DNA of 64,000 nt from a bacterium (GCA_030429765.1 JAUIER010000012.1:32916-96915), one strand, 5' to 3'; positions 8,165 to 17,640 are shown, counted from the stretch's first letter. Numbers and translations: made by a program. The notes: a model not told the origin generated them from the letters alone.

Positions 8165-9895
8165 TTATATTAGGTCGAAGTTTAGCCGCCGCCCCTGTCG
8201 ATCCCGGATGTCCCGTGAATTGATCTCCTTGACCGCATGAATTAGCGAAGCCTTTGAATCCGCGGCCGATCCTGCCGAAATAGTCACATATACATGGCTC
8301 TCGTCCAATCGGTATGTGGCGGCACGGTCAAAAGTATCTGAAATTGTTAGACTTACGTATTTGCTGAGATATTGCCCCTCTACATAGGCCTGAACATGAG
8401 ATAAAAGTTGCTCGAACATTCCATCGACGTTCATTATAGTTGTCGCTGCGATCGGTTGAGAAGCCGACGGATCCTCATTTGAGGATACGGGCGCTTGATT
8501 GACATATTTCCGCATGAATGCATCCAGGATGTCCGTATCGGCCGTTTCTGCATTAGTAACCAGGGCCACTAGCGGCTCAGGTGATTCGTGAGCCCAAATG
8601 GCAAATACTGTCAGTGGCTGACTCAAATCATGAACATGTTCGTTCAGAATGTCGGTCGACATCTTGGCATACTGATAGATTGTGTCGTCATCATGACAGT
8701 AATAGGGGATTCGCTGGGCCCATTTCCCCGATTTGACCAATTCCTTCAGTTCTGGCTGACTTGGATGGACTCCAATGATAAATTCCCTGCGCTTAGGGAC
8801 CACGAAGGGTAGACTGGACAATGATCGTGATTCGCCATCAAGTATGTGGACCTCGTTTATAAAAAGCTGCTCTGGAATCTCAAATGATTCGACTAACGCC
8901 GCTATCTCCGGGCTTCCCAAGGAGCGTCCCTCGCTATTAAGCAGACACAAAGTATTGCTATTACTGACGATACAGCTGTCCAAAACAGAAATAGCCTTGT
9001 AAAGCGGTAGCTTCGTTGAAAAATTGTCATTTTTTTGTCCAATCTGAAATAGCTTTGTGTCCAGTTTTAGAGATCGTCCATCCGAAAAATCGATCTGGAA
9101 ACTCTGCGCCATGTTCTTGAGTTGATCAATCTCCAACTCTGCACGGGCCCAAAACGAGCCTGACTGTGAAGAATCAGTAATTTTGCCAATGACTCCCTCA
9201 TTTTGGAGTGGAAGCAACAAGGCTAAATCATTTCGACCTGAGTCTGAAGGGCCATTTTTCTCAAGCCTTGTGAGAATCTGAAAATCCAAGGCCTGGATCG
9301 TTTCCTGAGAATTAATGTCCAAACTGAGATCTCGAAAGAGTTCTGTGTAAAAATTTGACGATAGACATTCACATACACCGGCCAACATAAAAGTCAATCC
9401 TGCGTTGCTAATCGGATGCTCCTCCAAACCTTGTTTCCTTGACCGAATTGTTTCTACGGAGCGTAAGAACTCTTCGTCCAAACCACTCTCAGATTGGACA
9501 TTATTTTTGATCGCGTCCATTTCTTCTGTTTGACCAGAATCCGACATTGTCTGTACAGCTTCACTCTTTGTCGGATCATTTTCCTGGGGAGTAGTGACCC
9601 CTTCGGTTTCGGTCGGTATCGGGATCTTGGTGAGGTCCTGCGAAATCTGAATTTTCTTTTCAGCCGGGATCTCAAACTTCTTTTTCTTCTCGACCTTGAC
9701 CTTGGCCGGTCGACCAACGGAATTGCTTAAATTAGCTTGTTTTAGGATGGTGTTGATGGAGGATTTTGACACCTTGATCTCAAATTTCTCAGATGTCATC
9801 TCGGCTAGTTTTCGACAGCCCAGCTTGGGATTTGATTGCTTCTGATCAAGTATATAGTCGATAACTTCTTTTTTTAGTTTGTGGACAACACCCAT
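8165..9895 (-). CDS. HTH-domain protein of unknown function, 576 aa. N-terminal transposase/regulator-like HTH, a Lys-rich linker, then a large uncharacterised soluble region.
   Basis: N-terminal 60 aa (…KLGCRKLAEMTSEKFEIKVSKSSINTILKQANLS) looks like an IS630/ISL3-type HTH. No TM segments. Sits where tadB/tadC would be expected. Confidence 0.65.
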   Translation of the reverse strand: MGVVHKLKKEVIDYILDQKQSNPKLGCRKLAEMTSEKFEIKVSKSSINTILKQANLSNSVGRPAKVKVEKKKKFEIPAEKKIQISQDLTKIPIPTETEGVTTPQENDPTKSEAVQTMSDSGQTEEMDAIKNNVQSESGLDEEFLRSVETIRSRKQGLEEHPISNAGLTFMLAGVCECLSSNFYTELFRDLSLDINSQETIQALDFQILTRLEKNGPSDSGRNDLALLLPLQNEGVIGKITDSSQSGSFWARAELEIDQLKNMAQSFQIDFSDGRSLKLDTKLFQIGQKNDNFSTKLPLYKAISVLDSCIVSNSNTLCLLNSEGRSLGSPEIAALVESFEIPEQLFINEVHILDGESRSLSSLPFVVPKRREFIIGVHPSQPELKELVKSGKWAQRIPYYCHDDDTIYQYAKMSTDILNEHVHDLSQPLTVFAIWAHESPEPLVALVTNAETADTDILDAFMRKYVNQAPVSSNEDPSASQPIAATTIMNVDGMFEQLLSHVQAYVEGQYLSKYVSLTISDTFDRAATYRLDESHVYVTISAGSAADSKASLIHAVKEINSRDIRDRQGRRLNFDLI

Positions 9896-9960
9896 AGTTT
9901 TCCTAAGATCATCAGATTGGACATTTAAGTATACCGTCCAAATGCGTTTAGGTCAATGGT

Positions 9961-10326
9961 CTAACCAAGAATAATTTTGTCAGCGACTTGAGTGCGGGAA
10001 GATTGGATGACTCCTACTGGAACTTCGATGGCGGATTTTGCCTTCCAGTAAATTCGGCTTAGCCGATTGGGTCGGATATTTTGGACCAAACCCACCACGG
10101 TATTATTGTCATCGATAAAAATCACATCAATGGCGAAACGCATAAAGAACATGTGAATAGAATTACAATGGGTGATTAGCAGACCGTGACCCGGCTCTAG
10201 GGACTTGTGCTTAAGTAATCCCACCATTCTGGACATAAAGGTATCTGCTAAGACGGCTTGATCTGCGATAACCGTATTACGGGTGGAGTTTTCTATCTTC
10301 ATAAGGGTTAGGTTTTGATGTGCCAA
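9961..10326 (-). CDS. DUF192 (COG1430) family protein, 121 aa
   Basis: Size and sequence pattern (…GLLITHCNSIHMFFMRFAIDVIFIDDNNTVVGL…) typical of DUF192. Confidence 0.6.
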   Translation of the reverse strand: MAHQNLTLMKIENSTRNTVIADQAVLADTFMSRMVGLLKHKSLEPGHGLLITHCNSIHMFFMRFAIDVIFIDDNNTVVGLVQNIRPNRLSRIYWKAKSAIEVPVGVIQSSRTQVADKIILG

Positions 10327-10344
10327 CGTCGACGGGGATAGGCA

Positions 10345-12504
10345 CTAGACAGGCTTGTTGAACATCTCTTTATTGAAGTTCATTCCACGGGTAATAAAGT
10401 CGTGGTAACAGTTGGGGACGTATCCTGTGGCCTCAAACTGACCGAGAATCTTGCCATTGCTGTCCATCCCCTTTTGTTTAAATACAAAAACATCCTCGAG
10501 ATGAAGTTGAAAATCGGCCGTGAGTCCTGTTGTCTCGCTGACCCCCGTGATCTTTCTCGAACCGTCTGAATAACGGTTGATGTGAACGATGATCTGAATC
10601 GCTGAGGAGATCATCTCGTTAATCGCACGCACTGGCAGCTCGATACCACTTAACAGAATCATCGAGTGCATTCGGGTCAATACATCGCGTGTTGAGTTGG
10701 CGTGTAGCGTGGTCATTGATCCATCGTGACCGGTATTCATCGCCTGAAGCATATCAAGAACCTCGCCCCCGCGACACTCACCGATAACAATCCGGTCAGG
10801 ACGCATCCGCAGACAGTTGATAAACAAATCACGAATCGTGATCTGCCCTTTACCCTCAACGTTCGCTGGGCGTGACTCCAGACGTCCCCAATGGCTTTTC
10901 TTCAATCGAAGCTCAGCGGCGTCCTCAATCGTGATAATACGCTCGCTGTCGGGAATAAATTCTGAAACGACGTTTAGGAGCGTTGTTTTACCCGCACCTG
11001 TACCACCCGAAACGATCATATTTTTACGGCAAATAACACATGCCTGAAGAAAATCGGCCATTTCCTTGGTGATACTGCCGTATTTTTCAATCAAATCATT
11101 GACCTCGATACGTTCCTGCCCAAACTTTCGAATGGTGATCATTGGTCCGCCCAACGACAAAGGTGGAATAATGGCATTGATCCGCGATCCGTCCTGCAGA
11201 CGGGCATCAACCATCGGAGTCGATTCATCGATTCGTCGACCTAATGGCGCGATGATACGATCAATAATGGAGCGCATCTTTTCATTGGAAACAAATTTTC
11301 GATTGGTAAAAATCAACTTACCATTCTTCTCGACGTAGATTTCGTCCTTGTTGTTGACCATGATATCCGTTACGTCGGGATCGGCCAGGAAATCTTCCAA
11401 AGGACCCAGTCCAAGGGCCTCATTGACAATATCACGGACCACGCGTGTGCGCTCTTCTTGTGAGGAAATCTTACCACCAGACTCCTCCATAAGTAAGTTA
11501 AGAACGACCTGCTCGGCGCTTTTCTTGACCTTTACCGCCGATTCCGGATCACCCAGCATATCAACCGAAATTCCGTCGAGATTAAGCCGTTCGACCAATT
11601 TCTCATGAATCCGTTTCTTCAGCGATATAATCTCATCCTCTTCCGTCGCAAATGTCGTTGTCGTTCCCGCTTGCTGCGTGACACCAAATTTTTCCCAGAA
11701 CGATCCTTGTCCGGACATACCGTCAGTTGATCTGACCTTTTCGACATTGCTGGTCTCAACGTAAATATCGTTCTTCTTGAGCGCATTGACCATTTTGTTG
11801 AATGCATCAGCCACCCCGCTGCGAGGGCTATCTAATACGCAAGGAATCCCCTTGTTAAGGGCCATTCCGACCGTTTTTCCATCTGAAGGAATGTGCGCTA
11901 ATATTTCAACTGGAATCGCCGATCGAACTTCCTGCCAATGGACACTTCCGCGGCTCTCCGAACGGTTTAAGATCAGGCGGACCATATTCATCGGGTAGTG
12001 GAGACTCTGTAAAACGTCCAGACAATTCTTAATCTGATACACAGATAAAATATCCGGCGTTCCGACGAGAAGAATCAAATTCGTGTGGTCCAGCGCGGCG
12101 ACTAGAATATCACTAAACGTACGACCGGCATCAATAATGACATACTCGTATTGTTTGCGGGCAATACGAAAGAACGCCTGTAAAGCCTCGGCATTAACCT
12201 GAGCGATTTCTTTATTGTTTTTTATGGCTGGTAGGAAATGAAGTCCACTTTGATGGACGGTGGCATGCTGAGCTAACGGATCTTGATCGGCATTTGGATT
12301 GCTGAACGTGGGTATGATATCGACGACGGAATTACGAACCTGGACATTAAGCATTCGGGACATATCCTGTCCGGCCTGCATGTCTAGATCGACGAGCAAC
12401 ACCTTTTTTCCAGCTTTGGCTAGTGAAGCCGAAAGGTTTACTGCCGTCAGCGTTTTTCCAACCCCGCCCTTGCTGCTAAAGACGGTAATAATTCTACAAT
12501 CCAT
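10345..12504 (-). CDS. Fused pilus ATPase: N-terminal TadZ/CpaE-like ParA/MinD-type domain (no receiver domain) plus C-terminal TadA/CpaF secretion ATPase
   Basis: Deviant Walker A SSKGGVGKTLTAVNLS at residues 10-25 (ParA/MinD class). Second P-loop VSGGTGAGKTTLLN with T2SSE-family motifs (RIITIEDAAEL, GHDGSMTTLHANS) in the C-terminal half. Confidence 0.85.
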   Translation of the reverse strand: MDCRIITVFSSKGGVGKTLTAVNLSASLAKAGKKVLLVDLDMQAGQDMSRMLNVQVRNSVVDIIPTFSNPNADQDPLAQHATVHQSGLHFLPAIKNNKEIAQVNAEALQAFFRIARKQYEYVIIDAGRTFSDILVAALDHTNLILLVGTPDILSVYQIKNCLDVLQSLHYPMNMVRLILNRSESRGSVHWQEVRSAIPVEILAHIPSDGKTVGMALNKGIPCVLDSPRSGVADAFNKMVNALKKNDIYVETSNVEKVRSTDGMSGQGSFWEKFGVTQQAGTTTTFATEEDEIISLKKRIHEKLVERLNLDGISVDMLGDPESAVKVKKSAEQVVLNLLMEESGGKISSQEERTRVVRDIVNEALGLGPLEDFLADPDVTDIMVNNKDEIYVEKNGKLIFTNRKFVSNEKMRSIIDRIIAPLGRRIDESTPMVDARLQDGSRINAIIPPLSLGGPMITIRKFGQERIEVNDLIEKYGSITKEMADFLQACVICRKNMIVSGGTGAGKTTLLNVVSEFIPDSERIITIEDAAELRLKKSHWGRLESRPANVEGKGQITIRDLFINCLRMRPDRIVIGECRGGEVLDMLQAMNTGHDGSMTTLHANSTRDVLTRMHSMILLSGIELPVRAINEMISSAIQIIVHINRYSDGSRKITGVSETTGLTADFQLHLEDVFVFKQKGMDSNGKILGQFEATGYVPNCYHDFITRGMNFNKEMFNKPV

Positions 12505-12560
12505 AATTTCAAACTTACTGAAGAATGACTAATGAAAATTTAACGTATTATATACCGCTA

Positions 12561-14222
12561 TTAGTTTGTTTGCAAACTATAAACAATCGGAATTGTTATG
12601 TTCAGTTCCTGTAAGTCTGTCTCTGGTGGAAAACTTTCAAAAGGTGCAGTTTCACGGGCTGTATTTAAGGCATAGTCATCAAAGATTTCCTGCCCGGATG
12701 TTTCCTTGACTAGAGCATAGGCCAACGTGCCATCGCTCAGGATGTGCAGACCGATTTTGACAGTCCCTTCCCATCCGTAATCCTTGGCCTCCTGAGGATA
12801 AACAACTTGCTCAGAAATAGCCTGCTGAAGGTTTTGCACGTAATCGGTCATTTCCGGTGGAATAAATGACGAGTAGTCATCTCCTCCGGACATGGACATA
12901 TCCGACATAAACTTCGTCGTCGTAGGGTGCGGAACCTGACTATCCATCATCTTTTTACGAGGCGAATCCTCATTGAGCCCCGTATCGATTCGATGAGGTG
13001 TTAGTGAAATCACTAACTCGACATCTGAATCTGGTGATGGTGTTGATCGGGATCGGAAAACCAATCCGACAACTGGAATGCTGCCTAAAAATGGTACCTT
13101 TTTAACCAATTCACCCGAACGCTGTTGGATCAAACCGGCCAATACGATCGTTTGTCCATCATCAAGGAATAGCTGTGTGCTTGCGCTTCGCGTAACGAAG
13201 GCCACGTCATCCCCCACCGCATTCGAGTTGTCAATATCACTGATCTCAATATTGATCTGAACGTCAATCTTGTTACGCCGAATCGTCGGTGTGATCGTCA
13301 TTCCAATACCATACTCCTTAAATTCGACGTTTTCTTGAGTAGACGTTCCTGTCGATGTCGTCGTACGAATTGGAATTTCACCACCAATTAGGAAACTAGC
13401 CTCTTCGCCGCTCAGAACTACGAGTTTAGGTTGCGATAGGATTCGTCCCATACCTTCTTCTAATAGAGCATTTACGGTAGAAATCAGGGCGCTTGTACGA
13501 CGGAAGTCCCCAATCTTGAAGAAATCTCCAATGGATCCATCAAAATCAGGCAAGTCCTCTGCATAGTCCAGCTTAATACCTCCGCCGGATCCGGTGGCGC
13601 CATTACCACCACCAGCTGTCCAGTCAATCCCTAGACTCTTGGTTAAGGTGGTGTTAAGCTCCGTAACTTGTATGTCGATTTGAACCAAATCTTCGATGTC
13701 CTCTTCTTCCACAAGGCTTAGAACATGTTGGTCAAACGGAGCAATGATATCATCAAACAGTATGGCCTTTTTGTCAGGCACACTACCAGTTAGGACAACC
13801 CGCCCTTCCGGCTTATTGATATCCAATTTTACGTTGTTAATTCCAGCCCCATTGAGAAGTCGTTCAAGTCGATCTTTAATGACGCTTAACTCGGTTCCTG
13901 AGACGTTAATCATAACCACACGTTTGCCATGTTCGTCCCAGATAAATAAAGGTGTTTGGCCCACGTTTTTGGCAATCAGCAGGATTTCCTGTTCGTCGGC
14001 ATCGACAACGTCAGCAATGTCTGGATCAGTCATCGAAAGTCGGGTCAGGGAATATACGCGTAGTTGCGTCAACTCCCCCAGAACCATGTTGACTTCATCG
14101 GTGTATATTGTATCTAAAGCCTCAGCATCGGCTTGTTGAGGTCTTATTAGCCCAAGTCCCATTATTAGGAAGAGCGCCATTATGGTGAAAAATCTGTTAT
14201 GAGTTATCTGTGCTGTTTTCAT
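12561..14222 (-). CDS. CpaC/RcpA-type secretin with a C-terminal TonB_C-like domain
   Basis: Signal peptide, secretin N-domain, secretin core (…LIGGEIPIRTTTSTGTSTQENVEFKEYGIGMTITPTI…). The C-terminal roughly 90 aa (VVYPQEAKDYGWEGTVKIGLHILSDGTLAYALVKETSGQEIFDDYALNTARETAPFESFP) matches the TonB C-terminal domain pattern (PF03544). Confidence 0.8.
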   Translation of the reverse strand: MKTAQITHNRFFTIMALFLIMGLGLIRPQQADAEALDTIYTDEVNMVLGELTQLRVYSLTRLSMTDPDIADVVDADEQEILLIAKNVGQTPLFIWDEHGKRVVMINVSGTELSVIKDRLERLLNGAGINNVKLDINKPEGRVVLTGSVPDKKAILFDDIIAPFDQHVLSLVEEEDIEDLVQIDIQVTELNTTLTKSLGIDWTAGGGNGATGSGGGIKLDYAEDLPDFDGSIGDFFKIGDFRRTSALISTVNALLEEGMGRILSQPKLVVLSGEEASFLIGGEIPIRTTTSTGTSTQENVEFKEYGIGMTITPTIRRNKIDVQINIEISDIDNSNAVGDDVAFVTRSASTQLFLDDGQTIVLAGLIQQRSGELVKKVPFLGSIPVVGLVFRSRSTPSPDSDVELVISLTPHRIDTGLNEDSPRKKMMDSQVPHPTTTKFMSDMSMSGGDDYSSFIPPEMTDYVQNLQQAISEQVVYPQEAKDYGWEGTVKIGLHILSDGTLAYALVKETSGQEIFDDYALNTARETAPFESFPPETDLQELNITIPIVYSLQTN

Positions 14223-14225
14223 AGT

Positions 14226-15104
14226 CTATAGCTCCGCGCCCCCCCGAAAGATTTGAACAAAAGGCAAGTCATCCGCTTCAACTTCCTCGACTTCGACAGA
14301 CTCACGCCGCTCTGCTTTTTTCTGCTTTGGCAGATTGAGCTCTGTCCCTTGCTTATCCAAAACATAATCGGATAGTGAATCCCAGGCGGCCACTTGTAAC
14401 GCTTTAGTGTCTTTCTCCGCCGGAGATCGTAGGGCTAGTTTTAACTTTCCGTATTTCTGAGAAAAAGTGATCAACCCCGCTTCTTCAGGGGCGACTGCGA
14501 TCGTGACATTCAAGTCCCTTGATTTTTGTTGTTGCTGATAAACCAGCGCACTTCCTACCGGTTTAAAATTCGAATTGACGGCCAGCACCTGAATGTTCTG
14601 GAAGAGCACAGATGTAACTTCCAGTGGTTTTTCGAGAGGATCTTGGGGATGTGGCACCTGCAGATCAGCCAAGATATCTACATAATCTCCCGGATTGATC
14701 AATCCACCTACCGCCGATAGAGAATCGATCAGAATTGTCATGGCGCGTTTTCCTGGAGGTGTGATTGAAGCGAACACTGTACTGTCCACAATTTGCGTCG
14801 GCATGCCGGCGGCTGATTTGGCAACTTCACCTTTTGGAAGGTTAGCTAACTGTGCCTGCAACGCTTTTTGCTGTTGCTGCGCCATGGCCTGCATTTGTTT
14901 ATGTAATTCGCGGTTTTTGATCTCCATCTCTTTCCGCAAAGCAGCCGTTTGGGCTTGGGACTTCTTTTCGTAGTCCTGGGCCAATGCCTTGGTTTGTGAT
15001 TCAATACTTCCTTTAACGTATTGACTCATCAAGAAGGCAGCCACAAGCCCTAAACCCACAGCTAGTAGTATCGTTGCAAATTGTTTTTTGTTTTCAATGT
15101 TCAT
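14226..15104 (-). CDS. CpaB/RcpC-like pilus assembly protein: N-terminal TM, Gln-rich coiled coil, SAF/RcpC-like domain
   Basis: Matches CpaB in topology, domain pattern and position upstream of the secretin. Confidence 0.6.
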   Translation of the reverse strand: MNIENKKQFATILLAVGLGLVAAFLMSQYVKGSIESQTKALAQDYEKKSQAQTAALRKEMEIKNRELHKQMQAMAQQQQKALQAQLANLPKGEVAKSAAGMPTQIVDSTVFASITPPGKRAMTILIDSLSAVGGLINPGDYVDILADLQVPHPQDPLEKPLEVTSVLFQNIQVLAVNSNFKPVGSALVYQQQQKSRDLNVTIAVAPEEAGLITFSQKYGKLKLALRSPAEKDTKALQVAAWDSLSDYVLDKQGTELNLPKQKKAERRESVEVEEVEADDLPFVQIFRGGAEL

Positions 15105-15117
15105 AGTTTCACCTCGG

Positions 15118-16125
15118 TTATTTTAGCAAATCCTCCCGGACCTCAACAGTTACCTTTTCTTTGACATTGTCGATGTAATCCAGTATGGCTTGTTGTTGTT
15201 TGAGCAAGGTTTGTGACTGGATGATGTCTTCTTTGATTTCACTGAAAGGTATCGTTTTACCGCCACGAATATCTTCCAGTTTTATGATGTAAAAGCCTTT
15301 GGGGCCTTTAAATACGTTACTGGTACCGCCCTTTTCAAGAGCCAAAATTTCCTGGGCCATCGCCGGAAATGGTTCCTGGGTGATGTAGCCCAAATCTCCG
15401 CCTTTTGACTTTGAATCGGCAATTGAATTGAGTTTGGCTAACTCGGCAAAATCGGATCCCTTGAGCACATCCACCAGGATCTCATTGGCTTTAATCTGGT
15501 CCTTGACCACGATTTCGCGAACCCGGTATTCCGATGGTTCGACCAATTGCTCTTTTTGCTCTTCATAGAATTTTTTGGCGTCTTCTTCCGTGACCTCAAC
15601 GTTTTCGGTGATCTTTCGAGCTGATTCCCGAACCAGAAGAGTGCGTCTGAATTCTTCGACAGCCGCTACGATATCTTTGTCTTGGGCCACACCGGTCCGT
15701 TCGGCATCTTCTACTAATAGTTGCTGACGGACTAACTCCTCCAGAATCAGCTTTTTGGCATCAACATTCTCTGCATCGAAATCGGGGACTACCTCTTTAA
15801 GGGCATCCAACCGTTCGTTAAACTCATCTAATGTGATGGTCCAATTACCCACTTTGGCCAGAAAGTTACCGTCTGATGGTTTGGATGGCATACTTTTCGG
15901 CATCGCTTTTTGAGGTGTTTCAGCTTTGGCCATTTGTTGTGGAGGTGGAGATTGTGGTTGAGTCTGTTTATTGACAACCGGCGGCTTGGGTGTGGAAGTA
16001 GCCACCATCTTCTTTTTGTCTTTCGAGAGGTGTTCTTTAATTGAGGAAATCATGTCGCATCCGGAGACGCTTGAAACAAACACAGTTGCCAACAACAATT
16101 TGAAAATAACGTACCTGGTTTTCAA
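15118..16125 (-). CDS. SurA/PrsA-like parvulin-type peptidyl-prolyl isomerase lipoprotein
   Basis: Lipobox VSSVSGC. Pro/Gln-rich linker. PpiC-type domain (…SKSKGGDLGYITQEPFPAMAQEILALEKGGTSNVFKGPKGFYIIKLE…). First gene of the minus-strand cluster. Confidence 0.7.
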   Translation of the reverse strand: MKTRYVIFKLLLATVFVSSVSGCDMISSIKEHLSKDKKKMVATSTPKPPVVNKQTQPQSPPPQQMAKAETPQKAMPKSMPSKPSDGNFLAKVGNWTITLDEFNERLDALKEVVPDFDAENVDAKKLILEELVRQQLLVEDAERTGVAQDKDIVAAVEEFRRTLLVRESARKITENVEVTEEDAKKFYEEQKEQLVEPSEYRVREIVVKDQIKANEILVDVLKGSDFAELAKLNSIADSKSKGGDLGYITQEPFPAMAQEILALEKGGTSNVFKGPKGFYIIKLEDIRGGKTIPFSEIKEDIIQSQTLLKQQQAILDYIDNVKEKVTVEVREDLLK

Positions 16126-16371
16126 TTGAGGCTCCTTACTATTTGCAATTTTTATTTATAAAGTATATCCGCTATCCTCGCCTCTGACAAGCCTGTTTCG
16201 GCTGTTTATGCAAAATTATCAAAATTTTACATATCTTTGGCAATTAAATCATCGAATAACTTGCCCAATATTTGTGCAACACATTCAATGATATCATATT
16301 ATGAGAGCAATGCAAAATTTTTTAGGCTTATTTTTTGTAAATATATGATTTTTATATATTTATGTTATTTT

Positions 16372-17355
16372 TTAGACCAATTCCTGAACAGCATCCCGCT
16401 CGGACTTCAATTCGTCATAGGTCGCCTGAATTTTTTGCTTGGCAAAGTCATTGAGCTGAAGATTTTGCACAATTGTCCAATTTGCCCCATCTGATCGCAC
16501 AGGAAAACTAAACATCAGTCCTTCCTCAATTCCATAGCTCCCGTCTGAGCTAACAGCGACGGAAAAGTACTCACCTTCCGGGGTTGGTGTGGTTAGGTTT
16601 CTGACGGTATCCACTACGGCATTGGCCGCTGAGGCTGCCGAGGATAAGCCTCGGGCTTGAATGATGGCCGCCCCACGCTTCTGGACCGTTTCGATGAAGG
16701 TCGTTTTAAGCCAATTGTCGTCGGAAATAACCTCATCAATCGCTTTTCCGTTGATCGTGCCGTTGTACACATCCGGATATTGTGTCGCGGAATGGTTTCC
16801 CCAAATCGCGATGTTCTGGATGTCGTTAACTGACACGCCTGCCTTTTGACTAATTTGAGCATATGCTCTATTTTGATCCAGCATCGTCATGGCAAAAAAG
16901 TTACTGGCCGGGATGTTCGGCGCGGAGGCTTTAGCTATGTAAGCATTTGTATTGCAAGGATTTCCGACAACAACCACCTTACAGGTCGGTTTGGCATTAT
17001 TGTTGATCGCCTGTCCCTGCGCCGTGAAGATTCCACCATTGATCTTCAGTAGATCTCCACGCTCCATCCCGGCTTTACGCGGGACACTTCCAACGAGTAA
17101 CGCCCAATCGACATCCGAAAATGCCTTGTTTAAATCCGATGTTTGAGTCACCGATTTCAGCAGTGGAAAGGCGCAATCGTCAAGCTCCATACAAACCCCG
17201 TTTAAGGCCGGCAAAGCCGCCTCAAGTTCCAACAAATTCAGATGGACTTGGGTATCCGGACCAAACATCTGGCCTGAAGCGATTCGAAACAACAAGGCAT
17301 ATCCGATTTGACCGGCCGCTCCCGTTACGGCTACACGTACTTCTTTGCCTGACAT
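16372..17355 (-). CDS. mdh: Malate dehydrogenase (NAD-dependent, LDH-like family)
   Basis: N-terminal [23 protein letters not shown] Rossmann motif. Length and conserved catalytic region match. Confidence 0.9.
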   Translation of the reverse strand: MSGKEVRVAVTGAAGQIGYALLFRIASGQMFGPDTQVHLNLLELEAALPALNGVCMELDDCAFPLLKSVTQTSDLNKAFSDVDWALLVGSVPRKAGMERGDLLKINGGIFTAQGQAINNNAKPTCKVVVVGNPCNTNAYIAKASAPNIPASNFFAMTMLDQNRAYAQISQKAGVSVNDIQNIAIWGNHSATQYPDVYNGTINGKAIDEVISDDNWLKTTFIETVQKRGAAIIQARGLSSAASAANAVVDTVRNLTTPTPEGEYFSVAVSSDGSYGIEEGLMFSFPVRSDGANWTIVQNLQLNDFAKQKIQATYDELKSERDAVQELV

Positions 17356-17399
17356 ACTTTCCTCCTTAACATAAATATTTGGAATTAAAAGATTTAGGA

Positions 17400-17612
17400 T
17401 TAGTTTCCTGTGAGATCATCAAAAACATCCGTTCCAACCGCATTCATCGTATACATGGTGGATTGTAGGGATTGATTGATATTATTGACAAACATTCCGT
17501 TGGGTCTTAGGAATATGAACATAATAACCAGAACGGCGGCAATCATCATTAAGTATTCCGTCATACTCTGGGCCGATCTGGATGTGTGAGAATTGGGCTT
17601 GAGTTTTAGCAT
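17400..17612 (-). CDS. Orphan Flp-family pilin-like protein, 70 aa
   Basis: N-terminus …[30 protein letters not shown] resembles the 7312..7533 paralog. Confidence 0.5.
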   Translation of the reverse strand: MLKLKPNSHTSRSAQSMTEYLMMIAAVLVIMFIFLRPNGMFVNNINQSLQSTMYTMNAVGTDVFDDLTGN

Positions 17613-17640
17613 GAAATCCCCCTGTGCGTGCGCGTAATTG

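Noticed and set aside
8165-9895. Calling the 576-aa HTH gene a mobile element/transposase
   Set aside because: Only the N-terminal HTH resembles transposases. No DDE triad could be recognised by eye, and no terminal inverted repeats flank it. Left as unknown.
8165-9895. 576-aa protein as a divergent TadB/TadC platform protein
   Set aside because: It has no transmembrane segments. Platform proteins are polytopic.
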